This document shows positions 26,360-38,570 of a DNA stretch of 64,000 bases, one piece after another. Source of the DNA: Octopus vulgaris (taxonomy: Eukaryota). Each line of letters starts with the position of its first letter. The stretch's first letter is position 1. The position numbers were made by a program, and so were the translations under genes. The stretch is from the NCBI GenBank assembly GCA_951406725.2, contig OX597814.1:63984001-64048000 (forward strand). Reading direction: 5' to 3'. The notes below the pieces were generated by a model. It was not told the DNA's origin, did not search any database, and was given only the letters and a program-made list of their open reading frames with translations.

Positions 26360-29300
26360 GCCTTTGCACATCTTCTAACGCAGGAGTTGTACAACAGTGT
26401 GAGCTGTACACTACCAGTGAACTAAGGTAACACCTGTTATTTTTCGAGTACCTTCCAGAGTATTCGAGCGGTTGCAAGCAGTGCTGTTTTCTGCAAGTGC
26501 TCCACTCTTATTGCAGCCCCTATTAGTTCCACGTACTTCTCGATATTTTTTCTCACTGTTCCCAGGGCTCCGACAATTATTGATACTACTACAACCTTTT
26601 TCATCGACCACAACTACTTAACCTCCCAAGCTGACATGTCATATCTCTCAACTTTTATTTCTTCCTTATCGCATGCCTTGTTGTCACCTGGGCATACTGT
26701 ATCTATGATCCATCATAGTTTGCTTTCTTTCTCAATTAAAACTATGTCTGGTTTTCTATCCTCTATCTCATGGTCGTACTAACTCATAAAATCTCATAGG
26801 ATCTTTGCATTATCATTTTTACGATACCTTCAGGTTTGAGGTCGTACCAATTTTTTGCTCTGTCAAATCCATACTTGTTGCAAAGTGTCCAATGGAGAAG
26901 CCTGGCTATATTGTCGTGGCGTCTCTTATATTCCTTCTGGGATAGTGGTCTACATTAGCTGGTAATATGCCATAAGGTTTCATCGTTTTTTCTACATATT
27001 CTGCACTTATCCTTTTCTGCTGTGTTGTCTATCTGTATTTTATGTAGTTTGTTCTTAGTGCTTGCTCTTGGGCAGAACAGATTAGAGCCTCTGTTTCCGG
27101 TTTTAAATCGCTCTTAGTCATCCATAACCATCTTTTTTTTTATCTGTCTGTCTTATCTTCAACATCCCTATGAAATTGACCATGAATTCTTTTCTTTACC
27201 CACCTACTTTCAGTTTCATTCGTTTTCAAGTCCTTGTACAGTGCTTTATCTTTGCAATCTTTCATCCTATACAAGCCTGACCTTCTTACTTCTAATAATA
27301 GCGGTTTGTGGCATTTTTACATATCATGCTATGTTGTTTTCTGCTACTCTAATGCTGTGTTCGCATCCATTAAGTCCTCTTCCCCTCTTTTTCTTGGTAC
27401 ATACAGTCTGTCTGTGTCACTTTTTAGGTGGAGTTACCGATATCTGGTTAACAACTTCCTTACCTTTCTGTCTAAGCTCTTTAGTTCGTCTACTGTCCCT
27501 GCGATTACCCATGCTTCATATATAAGCAGTGAAACCGCCCAGATGTTCAGAACTTCGATTTTATTCCGTCCATTTAATTTCGACTTAAAGATCAGTCTCA
27601 GTCTGCTCAAGTACACCACCTTAAATTTTTCTGTCATTTCTTTCACCATCAATTTATCCATTTCCAAAATACCCAAGTACTTATAGCCCGACGGTATCGT
27701 TAGCCTATCCATACATTTGATTTTGCCTCTCTTCAAGTCTAACCCACAACACTTTCTCAGTCCGAACTCCATTCTGACATCAGCACTGAAAGTATACACC
27801 GTATCAACGAGGTAACTAACTTGGGATTCACTTTAGCATAAGGTTTGAGGTAATCTATGAATAACAAATGGTTGACTTTGTGTTGGCGGCTTTTGAATAC
27901 ATACCCAGCTTTTGCTTTCCTCAGAATCAGTGCTAGTGGTATCAAGCACAGTACAACGATCAGTGGGGACAGACTGTCCTCTTGGAAGCTGACCCTCCTA
28001 ATTTCTACTGTCTCCAAACTTCTTCCGTATACTGTCAGGTCCGTCCTCCAATTCGCCATAATTTTTCCAAGCAATCGCTCAACATTTGATGCAATACTAA
28101 ATAGGTTCATACACTCCATAATCCAAGAATGTAAGAATGTGGAATCGTATCGTACGCCTTACGATAGTCGATCCATGACTTGGCTACGTTACTTTTCCTC
28201 CTCTTGCTGTCTCTAAATACAGTTTTGTTTATCAGGAGTTGATCCTTGGTACCTCTGCACTTACGCTTGCAACCCTTCTGCTCATATGGCAGGACTCCAT
28301 TTTTTCCAGGGTTTCGTACATTGACTCTGCGATTATTCCAGTCAATAACTTCCACATAAGTGGCAAACATGATATCGGCCTGTAATTGTCTACCGTATTG
28401 CCGTTTTCGATGCTTTTCCAGGCACAGCACTGTCCTACCCAATGTCAGGACAGTGTTACTTGGTCGGCATTTAACAAGGTGCTGAGTTGTGCAGCTATTC
28501 GAGCATGACATTCACCAAATCTTTTGATCCAGTAGCCTTGAACTCCATCTGGTCCCAGGGCCTTCCAGTTGCCCATTTTTTTGCTGATTTCCTTCACTTC
28601 CCTAACTGAAATGACTAGTTCTGCCTGTTTTGGACAGACTACTGTTTGTTTCAGTTCTTGCAACCATTCAGCATCCTTCTCGTGCTCCTTGCCTTTGCTC
28701 TAGGTGTCACTCCAAGACCTTTAACTTTCAATGTTATCTGGTATCTACATTTCATCTGTACACTCTCCTTTTATTTCTTTGTAGAATCTCTTTTGATCTA
28801 CTCTGAATAACCTATTCTGCTGGTATCCCTTCATTCGTTGGTCGTATCATACCATCTTTGCTTTCTTTACAACGAGGCGCTGTTTGAGTTCCTCCATTAC
28901 CACTATCAGGCCCTTTTTTTCAATATTATACTTCTTGTTTAGTGCCTTGTATTTTTGTTCGCTTTTAAGCTCCCCCTTTTCTTTTCGGTCTAACACAGGA
29001 ATGTACTTCGAGAGCATGTCTAACCCTGCCTGTATTCTTTTTTTCCACCATGGAACTTTTCTTTTGTCACTCCCATTATATTTCTTTTTCTTGACATCAA
29101 CATCCACGTTTTTTGCTACAACAATACATACTGCATTGATCAAATTATCTGTTTTTGTGATGTTTTTTGTTCTAATGTATTTCAGAATTTCATTCACATT
29201 TTTCATTTCTTGGTTCAATATCTACAGATCAATCTTTTTAAGGCTGCAAATAATGTCGCTATCGTTTTCCTACAGCGTTTGTCTTTATTTTGTCGTAGAT

Positions 29301-29460
29301 TGCATTTTGCCCATCTCTCATGTCACCATGAGTTTTATTCTCTTCTTCCAAACCATCTATATGTCTCTCCTCGAGCAAGCTATCACTGTTCTTTTTCTGT
29401 GGTTTATTGGAGATTTCACTTCTGTTTCCAGCCATGAGATTACTTTTATCCGCAGGGACT
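26360..29460 (-). mobile_element. Long degenerate R4/Dong LINE (ORF N-terminus continues at 29822-30120)
   Basis: It encodes [60 protein letters not shown] and NHLLFID, plus an endonuclease region and a 3' end next to a (TAA/TCA)n tract. Confidence 0.88.
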
Positions 29461-29533
29461 AGATGCATCATGGATGGAATAAATGAAAAGAAACGAGTCA
29501 CAATTTGGATTAGCGATGGAATTGATGATGATT

Positions 29534-29611
<78 letters not shown>

Positions 29612-29612
<1 letters not shown>

Positions 29613-29712
29613 TGAACGAACTATTGAGTTTGGTTTAATGGCCTACCAATGTATACTATGAGTTTCTTTGCCCTAGGAGTCGGGAAGACACTCGGCAAGA
29701 AATGGAAGCAAA
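29612..29712 (+). mobile_element. Isolated 3' UTR of an R4/Dong family (near-identical to 46040-46140)
   Basis: AACGAACTATTGAGTTTGGTTTAATGGCCTACCAATGTA...CCCTAGGAGTCGGGAAGACAC...GAAGCAAA, flanked by (TAA)n on both sides. Confidence 0.85.
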
Positions 29713-29753
<41 letters not shown>

Positions 29754-29776
29754 TGATAATAATAATAATAATAATA

Positions 29777-29810
<34 letters not shown>

Positions 29811-29821
29811 CGATGACGATG

Positions 29822-30120
29822 ATCGTTTCCTCTGCTGCTGCTTTCCAATACCCATCTTTTGATAGCTTCGAGCTCTAATTCTGTAAACGAACGATTTTTT
29901 GTTATTGCTTTAGCTTGATCACATAATCTCTGTTCCGGGAGTTGAAACAACCTTCTCTGTTTCCATTGATGATACATACGTTGTGGGGATCCCTTAAGAT
30001 GAACACCATCTTCATCTATGGGGTTGTTCAGGTAGTAACACTCCATGATCACAGCATTGATTTCTTTGTTCCATTTACGCTGTATGTGCTGGTCCCTTGC
30101 TGGATAACGACATGCTGGAG
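29822..30120 (-). mobile_element. N-terminal part of an R4/Dong ORF
   Basis: It encodes IMECYYLNNP...QRMYHQW...EQRLCDQAKAITKNRSFTELELEAIK. Confidence 0.75.
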
Positions 30121-30254
30121 TTCAAATTCTCAATTCAAATTTCGCCGAGGTCGACTTAGCCTTTCATTCTTTCGGGGTCGATAAATTAAGTACCAGTGAA
30201 ACACTGAGGTCGATGTAATCGGCATATACCGTGCCCCAAAATTGTGCCTATAGG

Positions 30255-30285
<31 letters not shown>

Positions 30286-30327
30286 CCATCATCATCATCA
30301 CAATCGTCATTATCATCATCATTATTA

Positions 30328-30457
<130 letters not shown>

Positions 30458-30835
30458 AATCATCATCAATTCCATCGCTAAACCAAATTGTGACTTGTTT
30501 CTTTTCATTTATTCCATCCATGATGCATCTTAACAATAGTTTTGGAAGTTGAACACTCATCATTAGTCTGGCAGATATTAAGTGAGAGACGTGAAGTGTC
30601 TCATCCATAGCAAAATAAATATCCTAGCATTTAATCCATATCATCGTGTCGTATATTATTTTATTAAAGCTACTGGAAGGGATACATTATTATACTTCTT
30701 CAAGTTGTATTGTCTTGTATCGGTTGCTATTGACAAGATAAATTCAGTTACACATTTAGTATGAGCTGATATTCTTAGCATGTAAGAAAGTACATTATTG
30801 TAGTTATCGGTGATTTGCATTTATTTATGCATACA

Positions 30836-30895
<60 letters not shown>

Positions 30896-31286
30896 CACTC
30901 TCTTTGTCTCGTTGTGTCTCTCTTTCATTCTCATACACAAACATGCACAGGCAGACATACACATGCTCATATGCACACATATTTATATATACACACACAT
31001 AATTATATGCATATAGTGTATGCATGTATATATATAAAATATGTATTTCATTTATATATTACATATTGCATATTATATATAATATATATTATATATATAT
31101 TATGTTCATATAGTATGTATATTATATATATATATGTATATATACATAATATATATATATATATATAAGTATAGATATACTATATACTTTATACACACAC
31201 ACACACACATATAAGTATATATATGTACGTATGTATAAATAAATATAGGTGTATATACAAATCTTGTATTTTATGTACATTTCTAG

Positions 31287-31572
31287 GTCTGTTTGACTTG
31301 TGCCATCAAAACCAATACACCAATGGTTGGTCGATTGGAATACGTACGAACGAACCTGGCATGGAAGAAGATGCTCGTGTGTACTTTGCTCTCAAAACAG
31401 ACCGATCAAAGGAGTCGACAGTACTGATGTCAGATCGATCTTATTTGCCTTACCAATGGCTACACGTTTCTGCGTCATACTCAGGCGAGAAAATGAAGTT
31501 GTATATCAACAGTGCACTTGTTGCTGTTTCACAAGAGCAAACTGGCGACTTATTCAGTGCATCTGCTAACAG
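31287..31572 (+). CDS. PAPPA: Pappalysin (PAPP-A-like) exon, LamG-like domain
   Basis: Acceptor ttctag| and donor AG|gtat. It encodes GLFDLCHQNQYTNGWSIGI...VYFALKTDRS...SYLPYQWLHVSASYSGEKMKLYINSALVAVSQEQTGDLFS, which parallels human PAPP-A GLYDKCSY...FFSLKTDRA...SYLPGQWVYLAATYDGQFMKLYVNG. Confidence 0.93.
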
Positions 31573-31799
31573 GTATATGCAGTCTCCTTTTCTAGCTAAT
31601 TTTCTCTTTTCTTAAAATTCTAGATGTTTTATTTAACATTTTGTGTTTATGTAACATTTTGTGTGCGTGTGTGTGTGTGTGTGTGTATGTGTGTTAGTTC
31701 GAGTGAGTGAGTGTGTGTATGTAAATGCGTGAACGTGTTTGTGTATTACAGTATACCTTTGTGTTTGCATGCATTAACTGATATATGTATATATATATA

Positions 31800-31877
<78 letters not shown>

Positions 31878-32047
31878 TACACACACACGCGCGCATAAGC
31901 ATATACACATACGTACATATAATATATATGTATGAATATATACACAAACACATACACACACACGCACACACACACACACATGTATCGTTTTGCATTTTGT
32001 TTGCAATATTCTTGATGTGAATTCGTTAGTTGAGAAACTTTTTCTCT

Positions 32048-32471
32048 TGTCTTGGGAGGGGTCATTACGTCAATAGTAATAACACTGTTTCAATACCACT
32101 TTTTATTGTTAGTCAGTTGGTTAAATATCTAAGCAACTAACTAATAGATCGTTTGTTTAATGTGCTGGTAAAACAATGAACCTGGTTGTTTGATTGTGAA
32201 ATTCCTTTCGTCGCTCTTCGTAACCTTTTCAATTTCTTACCTCTCCTTCCAATGTCTGTTCCGATTCTGTCCGTGAACTGGTCTTGGACAATTCTCGCAC
32301 AGAATCGGAACAGTCTCTAAAAGGGTCGCCAACAGCGAGCAAAGAACTTTAACTAACAAACAACCAGCATAGAGAACAAATGGCTAGATATTTAACCAAC
32401 TGACAAACAATAAAGCAGTGATTCTGAACCATTGCGTATATTATTACTCGCGTAATGACCCTCTCAAGACA
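32048..32471. mobile_element. Palindromic MITE with internal hairpin
   Basis: The ends TGTCTTGGGAGGGGTCATTACG and CGTAATGACCCTCTCAAGACA pair, as do the inner arms GTCAGTTGGTTAAATATCTA/TAGATATTTAACCAACTGAC. A central hairpin is CTGTTCCGATTCTGT/ACAGAATCGGAACAG. Confidence 0.8.
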
Positions 32472-32629
32472 CAACAATATATATGTCTGTGTCTGTGTGT
32501 CTGTTTTATACATACTTATATACTCATACACAAACCCAGCTATTATAAAAGCAGTGGCCATAAAAAGAAAAATTATGCAAGAAAGAAGTTTTAACAAGTA
32601 CTGTATTAGTTTAATGCTTAAAAGGAAAG

Positions 32630-33100
32630 GAAAGCGTATTAATGTTTCGTACGTATGCCCTTCAGAAGAAAATATAGAAGCTAATTAAAGGAGAAGGATG
32701 TCAAAGAAAAACGACTTGAAGAAAAACAGGCGAGGAGTTTAGGGAACAGTTGGGAGTGTGTTTCTATGGAAAAGTTAAGAGTTGGGGGAAGCGCGGTGTG
32801 TGTGTATACAAACTTTTTCATGTAGTGAGAGTTCATAATGGGCACGTATATGGACGTGGTATTTTGGGGAAATGTGTATGTGCTTAGAGGTGCGCAAGTG
32901 AAGGAGTGTAGTAGAGTAGCCTGTAGGGTAATTATTTTGTATGTGCAATCATATTGTGAGAAAAGCGTGCGAGTGAGGAGGTGGCCACAAGCAAAGAGGA
33001 AAAGTATGTAGAAAAAGAGGTAGAATTGTGTAAATGCATTGATGCGTGGACATGTCGGAAAGTAAAGCGTAAAACATTTAAGCGGAAAAAATACCAACAC
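32630..33100 (-). mobile_element. Possible Penelope-like 3' fragment with a decayed hammerhead motif
   Basis: The minus strand ends TTCTT-CTGAAGG-GCATACGTAC-GAAA-CATT. The upstream sequence has weak PLE-like translation (FPTCPR...HSFTC). Confidence 0.35.
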
Positions 33101-33214
33101 CAACAAAAACAGCAATAACAACAACAGCAACAACAAGAACACCGAAACAGTGGACAAGCGATATGAGATTCGAATTGCGAAAAATTATTGTGAAAAATTA
33201 TTATTTACTACTAA

Positions 33215-33670
33215 ACGATGAAGAACATAGCGTCATCTGCGCTGGTTCGGTTATGTGCATCGCATGCAGGAAGGGGGATCCAAAAGACCTCCAATATGAG
33301 GAATTGGCCACCAGCACAAGAGCACGAGGACGACTTCATCTTCGTTTCAAGGACGTCTACAAGAGAGATATGAAGTCGCTTGATCTGCACGTCCTGAGAT
33401 GAGAGGAGGTCGCAAATGATCGCCCATGCCGGAGACAAATACTGCGAAAGGCAATGAAGCGAGCGGAAGAAAAACAGCAACTCACCACCAGATGAAGGTA
33501 AAAACCAGTAGCGTTGGCAGAATGCTCCTTCAAATGCAGTCGCTGGATGCATAACTACCACTCCCATGTGGACCTCTGCATTTACAGCAGACGATGCACC
33601 ACCATCAGCAGCTGACACGATTTCTTCAGACGCAGATCCATGACTTCTCGAGACCAACGGATAACTACTA
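33215..33670 (+). mobile_element. RTE-clade LINE 3' fragment
   Basis: It encodes PKDLQYEELATSTRARGRLHLRFKDVYKRDMKSLD. The 3' end CCATGACTTCTCGAGACCAACGGATAACTA precedes a microsatellite. Confidence 0.78.
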
Positions 33671-33885
33671 AGATATATATATATACATACATACATACAT
33701 ACATACATACATACATACATACATACACAGCACCTATAGCTTTAGTTCATTTAGATTGTTAGAGTTTTCAGGTTAATCGGTGAAAAATAAAATACTAGTA
33801 TTGGTATAAGAAACTTATCTCTTGTTACGTATTTATGCATATTTATTTTCAATCTTGAGCAACAATTACCATTTTCTCATTGCAG

Positions 33886-34668
33886 ATGCAAAGAAATCCT
33901 GCTTGGAGGAAAGGCATACACAAAAGACAAGCTTTACAGAGGGTATATAGATCAAATATTAATATGGAACTTTGCCATAAAACACAGAGATGTGGCAAGA
34001 AATCTATACGACTTGACTATACACTTACAGAAAGACAAAGGACTTGTGTTTAAAGAGGATTTCAGCCAACTTCAGAAATGGAAAACCATTTTGAAAAGAC
34101 AACCATCTCTCGTTTTCTCTGATATAGAAGAACAACGTTACTCAATTCAACTCGTGGCGCCACCGTGTGGAAAAACAGTTTGTGACAATCCGGATATAAT
34201 TCGTAGTTACACTCGTCACAGTGAATTACGCCAGGAAAAAAAAATTCGATATCGAATTGTTAATGTAATGGATGATGATGATGATCGTAATCCTAAGGTG
34301 ACTAATAACCAGGTGGTAAGACAACATCGAGCCTTAATAGCTGCATTCAAACCTTACAATATAAGTTGGGAGTTAGAAGAAGTTAAAATAAGGAATGCGA
34401 GTTTAAAACATAAGACTGTACTACTAGATTGTCTTCCTAATGAAATAGGAGACAAACACTGTAATCTAGAATGCCAACATACTCAAACCGGAAATGATGG
34501 AGGTGATTGTGATATCGATGAAATACCATGTGATGCTGTTAATCTTGGAAACGGGAGATGTGACTTTGAATGCAACCGAGCTTATCATAATTGGGATCAC
34601 GGTGACTGCTGTAAGAGTCCGTTTAAATCCCCAAACAGCACTTGTCTAGATCCCAATTCCCCTTACAG
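33886..34668 (+). CDS. PAPPA: Pappalysin exon: end of LamG-like domain, start of proteolytic domain, LNR1 and LNR2
   Basis: Acceptor ttgcag| and donor AG|gtaag, in phase 2 matching the previous exon. It encodes (R)CKEILLGG...YRGYIDQILIW...PPCGKTVCDNPDIIRSY...CLPNEIGDKHCNLECQHTQTGNDGGDC...CDFECNRAYHNWDHGDCC...CLDPNSPY. Confidence 0.96.
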
Positions 34669-35192
34669 GTAAGACGTATAATTTAATAATTTGTTACAAG
34701 CGGGACTATATGACAGGAACGGGATTACGACAGTACTTCATCTGGTATCACAACGGGCAAATCTCACTTTCATCTTTGATGAATTGACTATCGATTTTAT
34801 AGAATTATGATCAATTACATTGTTCACTTGTGCAGAGATGTTAAAGTTAATAAACAGAAACGCATTGGTGTTGATTCAAAATTAGTTGAGAGGCAGTTAT
34901 ATTCCTAATTTCAATTCCAAGATTCCCGCTATTTGTATTCAATTAGACCGATCTGAGCAATGAATTAATAACACACCATCCGCAACTCACGCATAGAAGA
35001 TTAATGTTTAGTATCGAATATAGTATTGGGTTATAATTCTTCCTAGTTTATGAAAATTCTTCTGGATATGATGCCATTTTCCAGATATCCTGCTGGTTCC
35101 CAGGCCGTCTGCTACGGAGTCTCGTAAGACTAAGAAGAGTTTTATTATTTTCTTTCTATTTTTTTTTTACTTTATACACCTTAATATAATAC

Positions 35193-35234
<42 letters not shown>

Positions 35235-35237
<3 letters not shown>

Positions 35238-35769
35238 CATAAAAGCAAATAAATGGCACAACGAAGTACCGATATTTACTGGAAAATAGTGAACGTAATA
35301 AATACGACGCTAATGTATAGCTTCACTGCGTATGTACTAGCAAAAATGCGTGTGTGCAACAAACATGAAAAAATTGTCTTACCTCTAGGGAGAACATCTG
35401 AAAAATGAAATACCTAGAAAGGGATAATGTGGTACCGGTTTCAGATTCTTCAAAATATGTCTGCACACATATATTTGATTTATCTTCATCAGCCACATAT
35501 ACCTCGACAACCTTTCAGATGTTGCCACATCCATGCCAATACACTCGACTGAACGCCAAAACGTTGACAGAACGAGAACAGTGAAGAAATTTCAATGAAA
35601 ATAGTAATGCAATACTAGAGTATTGCTTTCCAGTAAAGGATAGCCCGTGAGGGAAAATTATACATAAAAGCAAATAAATGGCACAACGAAGTACCGATAT
35701 TTACTGGAAAATAGCGAACGTAATAAATACGACGCTAATGTATAGCTTCACTGCGTATGTACTAGCAAA
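35235..35769 (-). mobile_element. Retrozyme-like non-coding element: 425-bp monomer plus 110-bp direct repeat, inserted in (TA)n
   Basis: 35235-35344 equals 35660-35769 with one mismatch. The element has an internal hammerhead, no ORF of 60 aa or more, and TA-repeat flanks. Confidence 0.78.
35427..35498 (-). ncRNA. Type I hammerhead ribozyme
   Basis: The minus strand reads ATGTGG-CTGATGA-AGAT...ATCT-GAAA-CCGG-TA^CCACAT. It has a perfect 6-bp stem I, a canonical core, an extended stem II and a palindromic stem III (ACCGGT). Predicted cleavage is between 35433 and 35432. Confidence 0.85.
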
Positions 35770-35810
35770 TATATATATATGCATACATATGCATATACAT
35801 ATACATACAT

Positions 35811-36268
35811 ATTCTTTTATTCTTTTCTGTGTTTCGGTCATTTGACTGCAGCCATGCTGGAGCACCGCCTTTAGTCGAAGAAATGGACCCCAGGACTTAT
35901 TCTTTGTAAGCCTAGTACTTATGCTATCGGTCTGTTTTGCCGAACCGTTAAGTTACGGGGACGTAAACACACCAATATCAGTTGTAAAGCGATGGTGGTG
36001 GTCAAACGCAGGCACACAAACACATAGATACACACACACACACACACACACAAAACACACACACAAAACATACACACACGCACACATACAAACACATAGA
36101 GGACAGACCGCTTTCTTTCAGTTTCCGTCTAGCAAATCCACTCACAAGGCTTTGATCGGCCCGAGGCTATAGTAGAAGATACTTGTCGAAGGTGCCACAC
36201 AGTGGGACTGAACCCGGAACAATGTGGTTGGTAAGCAAACTACTTACCACACAGCCACTCCTTCGCCT
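35811..36268 (-). mobile_element. tRNA-derived SINE family A
   Basis: Full-length reverse complement of the family consensus seen at 42631-43050. Confidence 0.88.
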
Positions 36269-36291
36269 ATAAACGCAGCGTGGCAATAGAT

Positions 36292-36615
36292 GTAGCGTGG
36301 CTGTGTGGTAAGAAGCTTGCTTCCCAACCACATGGTGCCGGGTTCAGCCCCACTGCGTGGCACCTTGGGCCATTGTCTTCTGCTATATCCCCAGACCGAC
36401 CAAAGCCTTGTGAGTGGGTTTAGTAGACGGAAACTGGAAGCCCATCGTATATGTGTGTGTGCGTGCTCGCGCGCGTCTGTGTTTGTTACCCCCATCATTT
36501 GACAATCGTTGTACTTGTCTTACAAAGAATAAGTCCTGGGGTCGATTTATTCGACTAAAGGCAGTGCTCCAGCATGACTGCAATCAAATGACCTAGATAA
36601 GTAAAAGAATAAAAG
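36292..36615 (+). mobile_element. tRNA-derived SINE family A (internally deleted), head-to-head with the previous copy
   Basis: GTGGCTGTGTGGTAAGAAGCTTGC...CCGGGTTCAGCCCCACTGCGTGGCACCTTGGGC. Confidence 0.85.
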
Positions 36616-37462
36616 CTGATGATGGAGGTATGTTGGATTGTTGGTATGTTACTGTATATGTGGAATAGTTTTATAATGCATCCATTTGATATATATACAC
36701 ACATACATACATATATGTCTGTGTCTGTATATACATACACACACACACATACAACCACGCATATGTATATTTATAAATGTATGAATGTATGTATGTGTAT
36801 GTGTGAGTGAGTCTGTGCGTGTGCGTGTGTTTATACTTACACACACACACACAGGCATACAGAGATTTATGCATGCATTCATATATTTCTATTTATGACT
36901 ATGTTTTATATTGTTATGCGGGAGATTTAAAATTGAAATACTTGAATATAATGCATATAAAACATACAAATATACTTTCTGAATTTCAAATAGGTGCTAG
37001 AGCAAATTTATTCACTATACAAACATACATAGTTTCAGGTTAACCACGTTCAACATATGAATAATAAGTTACTTCCCCGGGTTTGTGCAAGAAAATACGC
37101 TGCTATCTTATTTCCTATTATCTGTCTCCTTTTATATGTATATATTTCTTATTATATATGTGCTTGTGTATTCAAAGGCACAGACATTTACTCAACCACA
37201 AGTGCCAACACTCGGATACACGCACATACATATTTATATAGTTCACTGATGAGATCCGAATATTCTCAGTATAGAATACGCTTAGTAGTGCTCAAGAGAT
37301 TTAAACTTGAGCGGGAATAAAGGTAAATTTCATGTATATATTGATCTGTCTAATTCGCTTATTCCTCCTACATTTACTTCCATACATATTTGAATATACA
37401 TACATCTATCAATAGATATAGATAAAGGCATAATTTTATATTCGGGTATATGTAGGCATACG

Positions 37463-37496
<34 letters not shown>

Positions 37497-37592
37497 TGTA
37501 TGTATGTATGTATGTATGTATGAATGCAATGGCCATACTCGATAACGAAGGGGCAGTCACCATGTATGTATGTATAATAGAAAAAGTATATA

Positions 37593-38003
37593 GGCGCAGG
37601 AGTGGCTGTGTAGTAAGTAGCTTGATTATGAACCACATGGTTCCGGGTTCTGTCCCACTGCGTAGAACCTTTGATAAGTGTCTTCTACTATAGCCACGGA
37701 CCAACCAAAGCCTTGTGAGTGGATTTGGTAGACGGAAACTGAAATATGCCCGTTGTGTATATGTATATGTATATATGTATGTGTGTGTATATGTCGTGTT
37801 TGTGTTTGTCCCTCCAACATCGATTGACAACTGATGCTGGTGTGTTTACCTCCCCGTAACTTAGCGGTTTGGCAAAAGACCGATAGAATAAGTATTAGGC
37901 TTACAAAGAATAAGTCCTGGGGTCGATTTGCTCGACTAAAGGCGGTGCTCTAGCATGGCCGCAGTCAAATGACTGAAACAAGTAAAAGTGTAAAAGAATA
38001 AGA
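37593..38003 (+). mobile_element. tRNA-derived SINE family A
   Basis: GGCGCAGGAGTGGCTGTGTAGTAAG...GGTTCTGTCCC...GACTGAAACAAGTAAAAG. Confidence 0.88.
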
Positions 38004-38039
38004 GTATACACAAACACACACATACACATTGCTACATTT

Positions 38040-38208
38040 CAATAAACACAAGCACTATAGAGTTGTTTTTCACTCGTTTATTACTGTTCTAATTTTTAAA
38101 AAAATTAACTCATGTCCTTTTTCTGGATAATGGACATGAGTTAATATAAAAAAAATTAGAACAGTAATAAACGAATGAAGAACAAATAAATAGTGCGTGT
38201 GTTCATTT
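38040..38208. repeat. About 170-bp hairpin/MITE
   Basis: ATTAACTCATGTCC pairs perfectly with GGACATGAGTTAAT (14 bp), and the outer arms TCGTTTATTACTGTTCTAATTTTT/AAAAATTAGAACAGTAATAAACGA also pair. Confidence 0.85.
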
Positions 38209-38535
38209 GGCAAAAAGAAAAAAAATGACCATCCCGAAATACAACATCTGTTTCAACACACGATTTCACAGGAATCTTGCAGCTCAAATTGATAAACTGA
38301 TACACACACACACACACGCACACACACACACACGCACATATATATATATATATATATATACATACATACATACATTCTTTTATTCTCATTTGTTTCAGTC
38401 ATGTGCCCTATGTACGTATACACACATACACACACACACGCTCAGTCATATACATATACAAAATGTGACCGCGTGTGTACCGTTGGCGATTTTTTTCCCT
38501 CTGTCTTCCCCTCTCTGGATCTTTCCTTCTCCTAT

Positions 38536-38570
38536 GTTTCCGACGAAGAGCTCCGCTCGAAACGTTAAAC
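38536..38570 (+). ncRNA. Minimal variant type I hammerhead motif in a non-coding repeat (about 38460-38670)
   Basis: GTTT-CCGACGA-A-GAGC-TCC-GCTC-GAAA-CG-TT^AAAC. Stem I is GTTT/AAAC, stem II is GAGC/GCTC and stem III is the palindrome AACGTT; the core has a U4C change and one extra A. Confidence 0.55.

Noticed and set aside
35235-35769. Reading the 110-bp direct repeats as LTRs of a TRIM
   Set aside because: There are no TG..CA ends or primer-binding site, and the hammerhead lies between the repeats, which fits a partial tandem monomer better.
37246-37290. CTGATGAG followed by a hairpin
   Set aside because: There is no GAAA or stem III at a compatible position.
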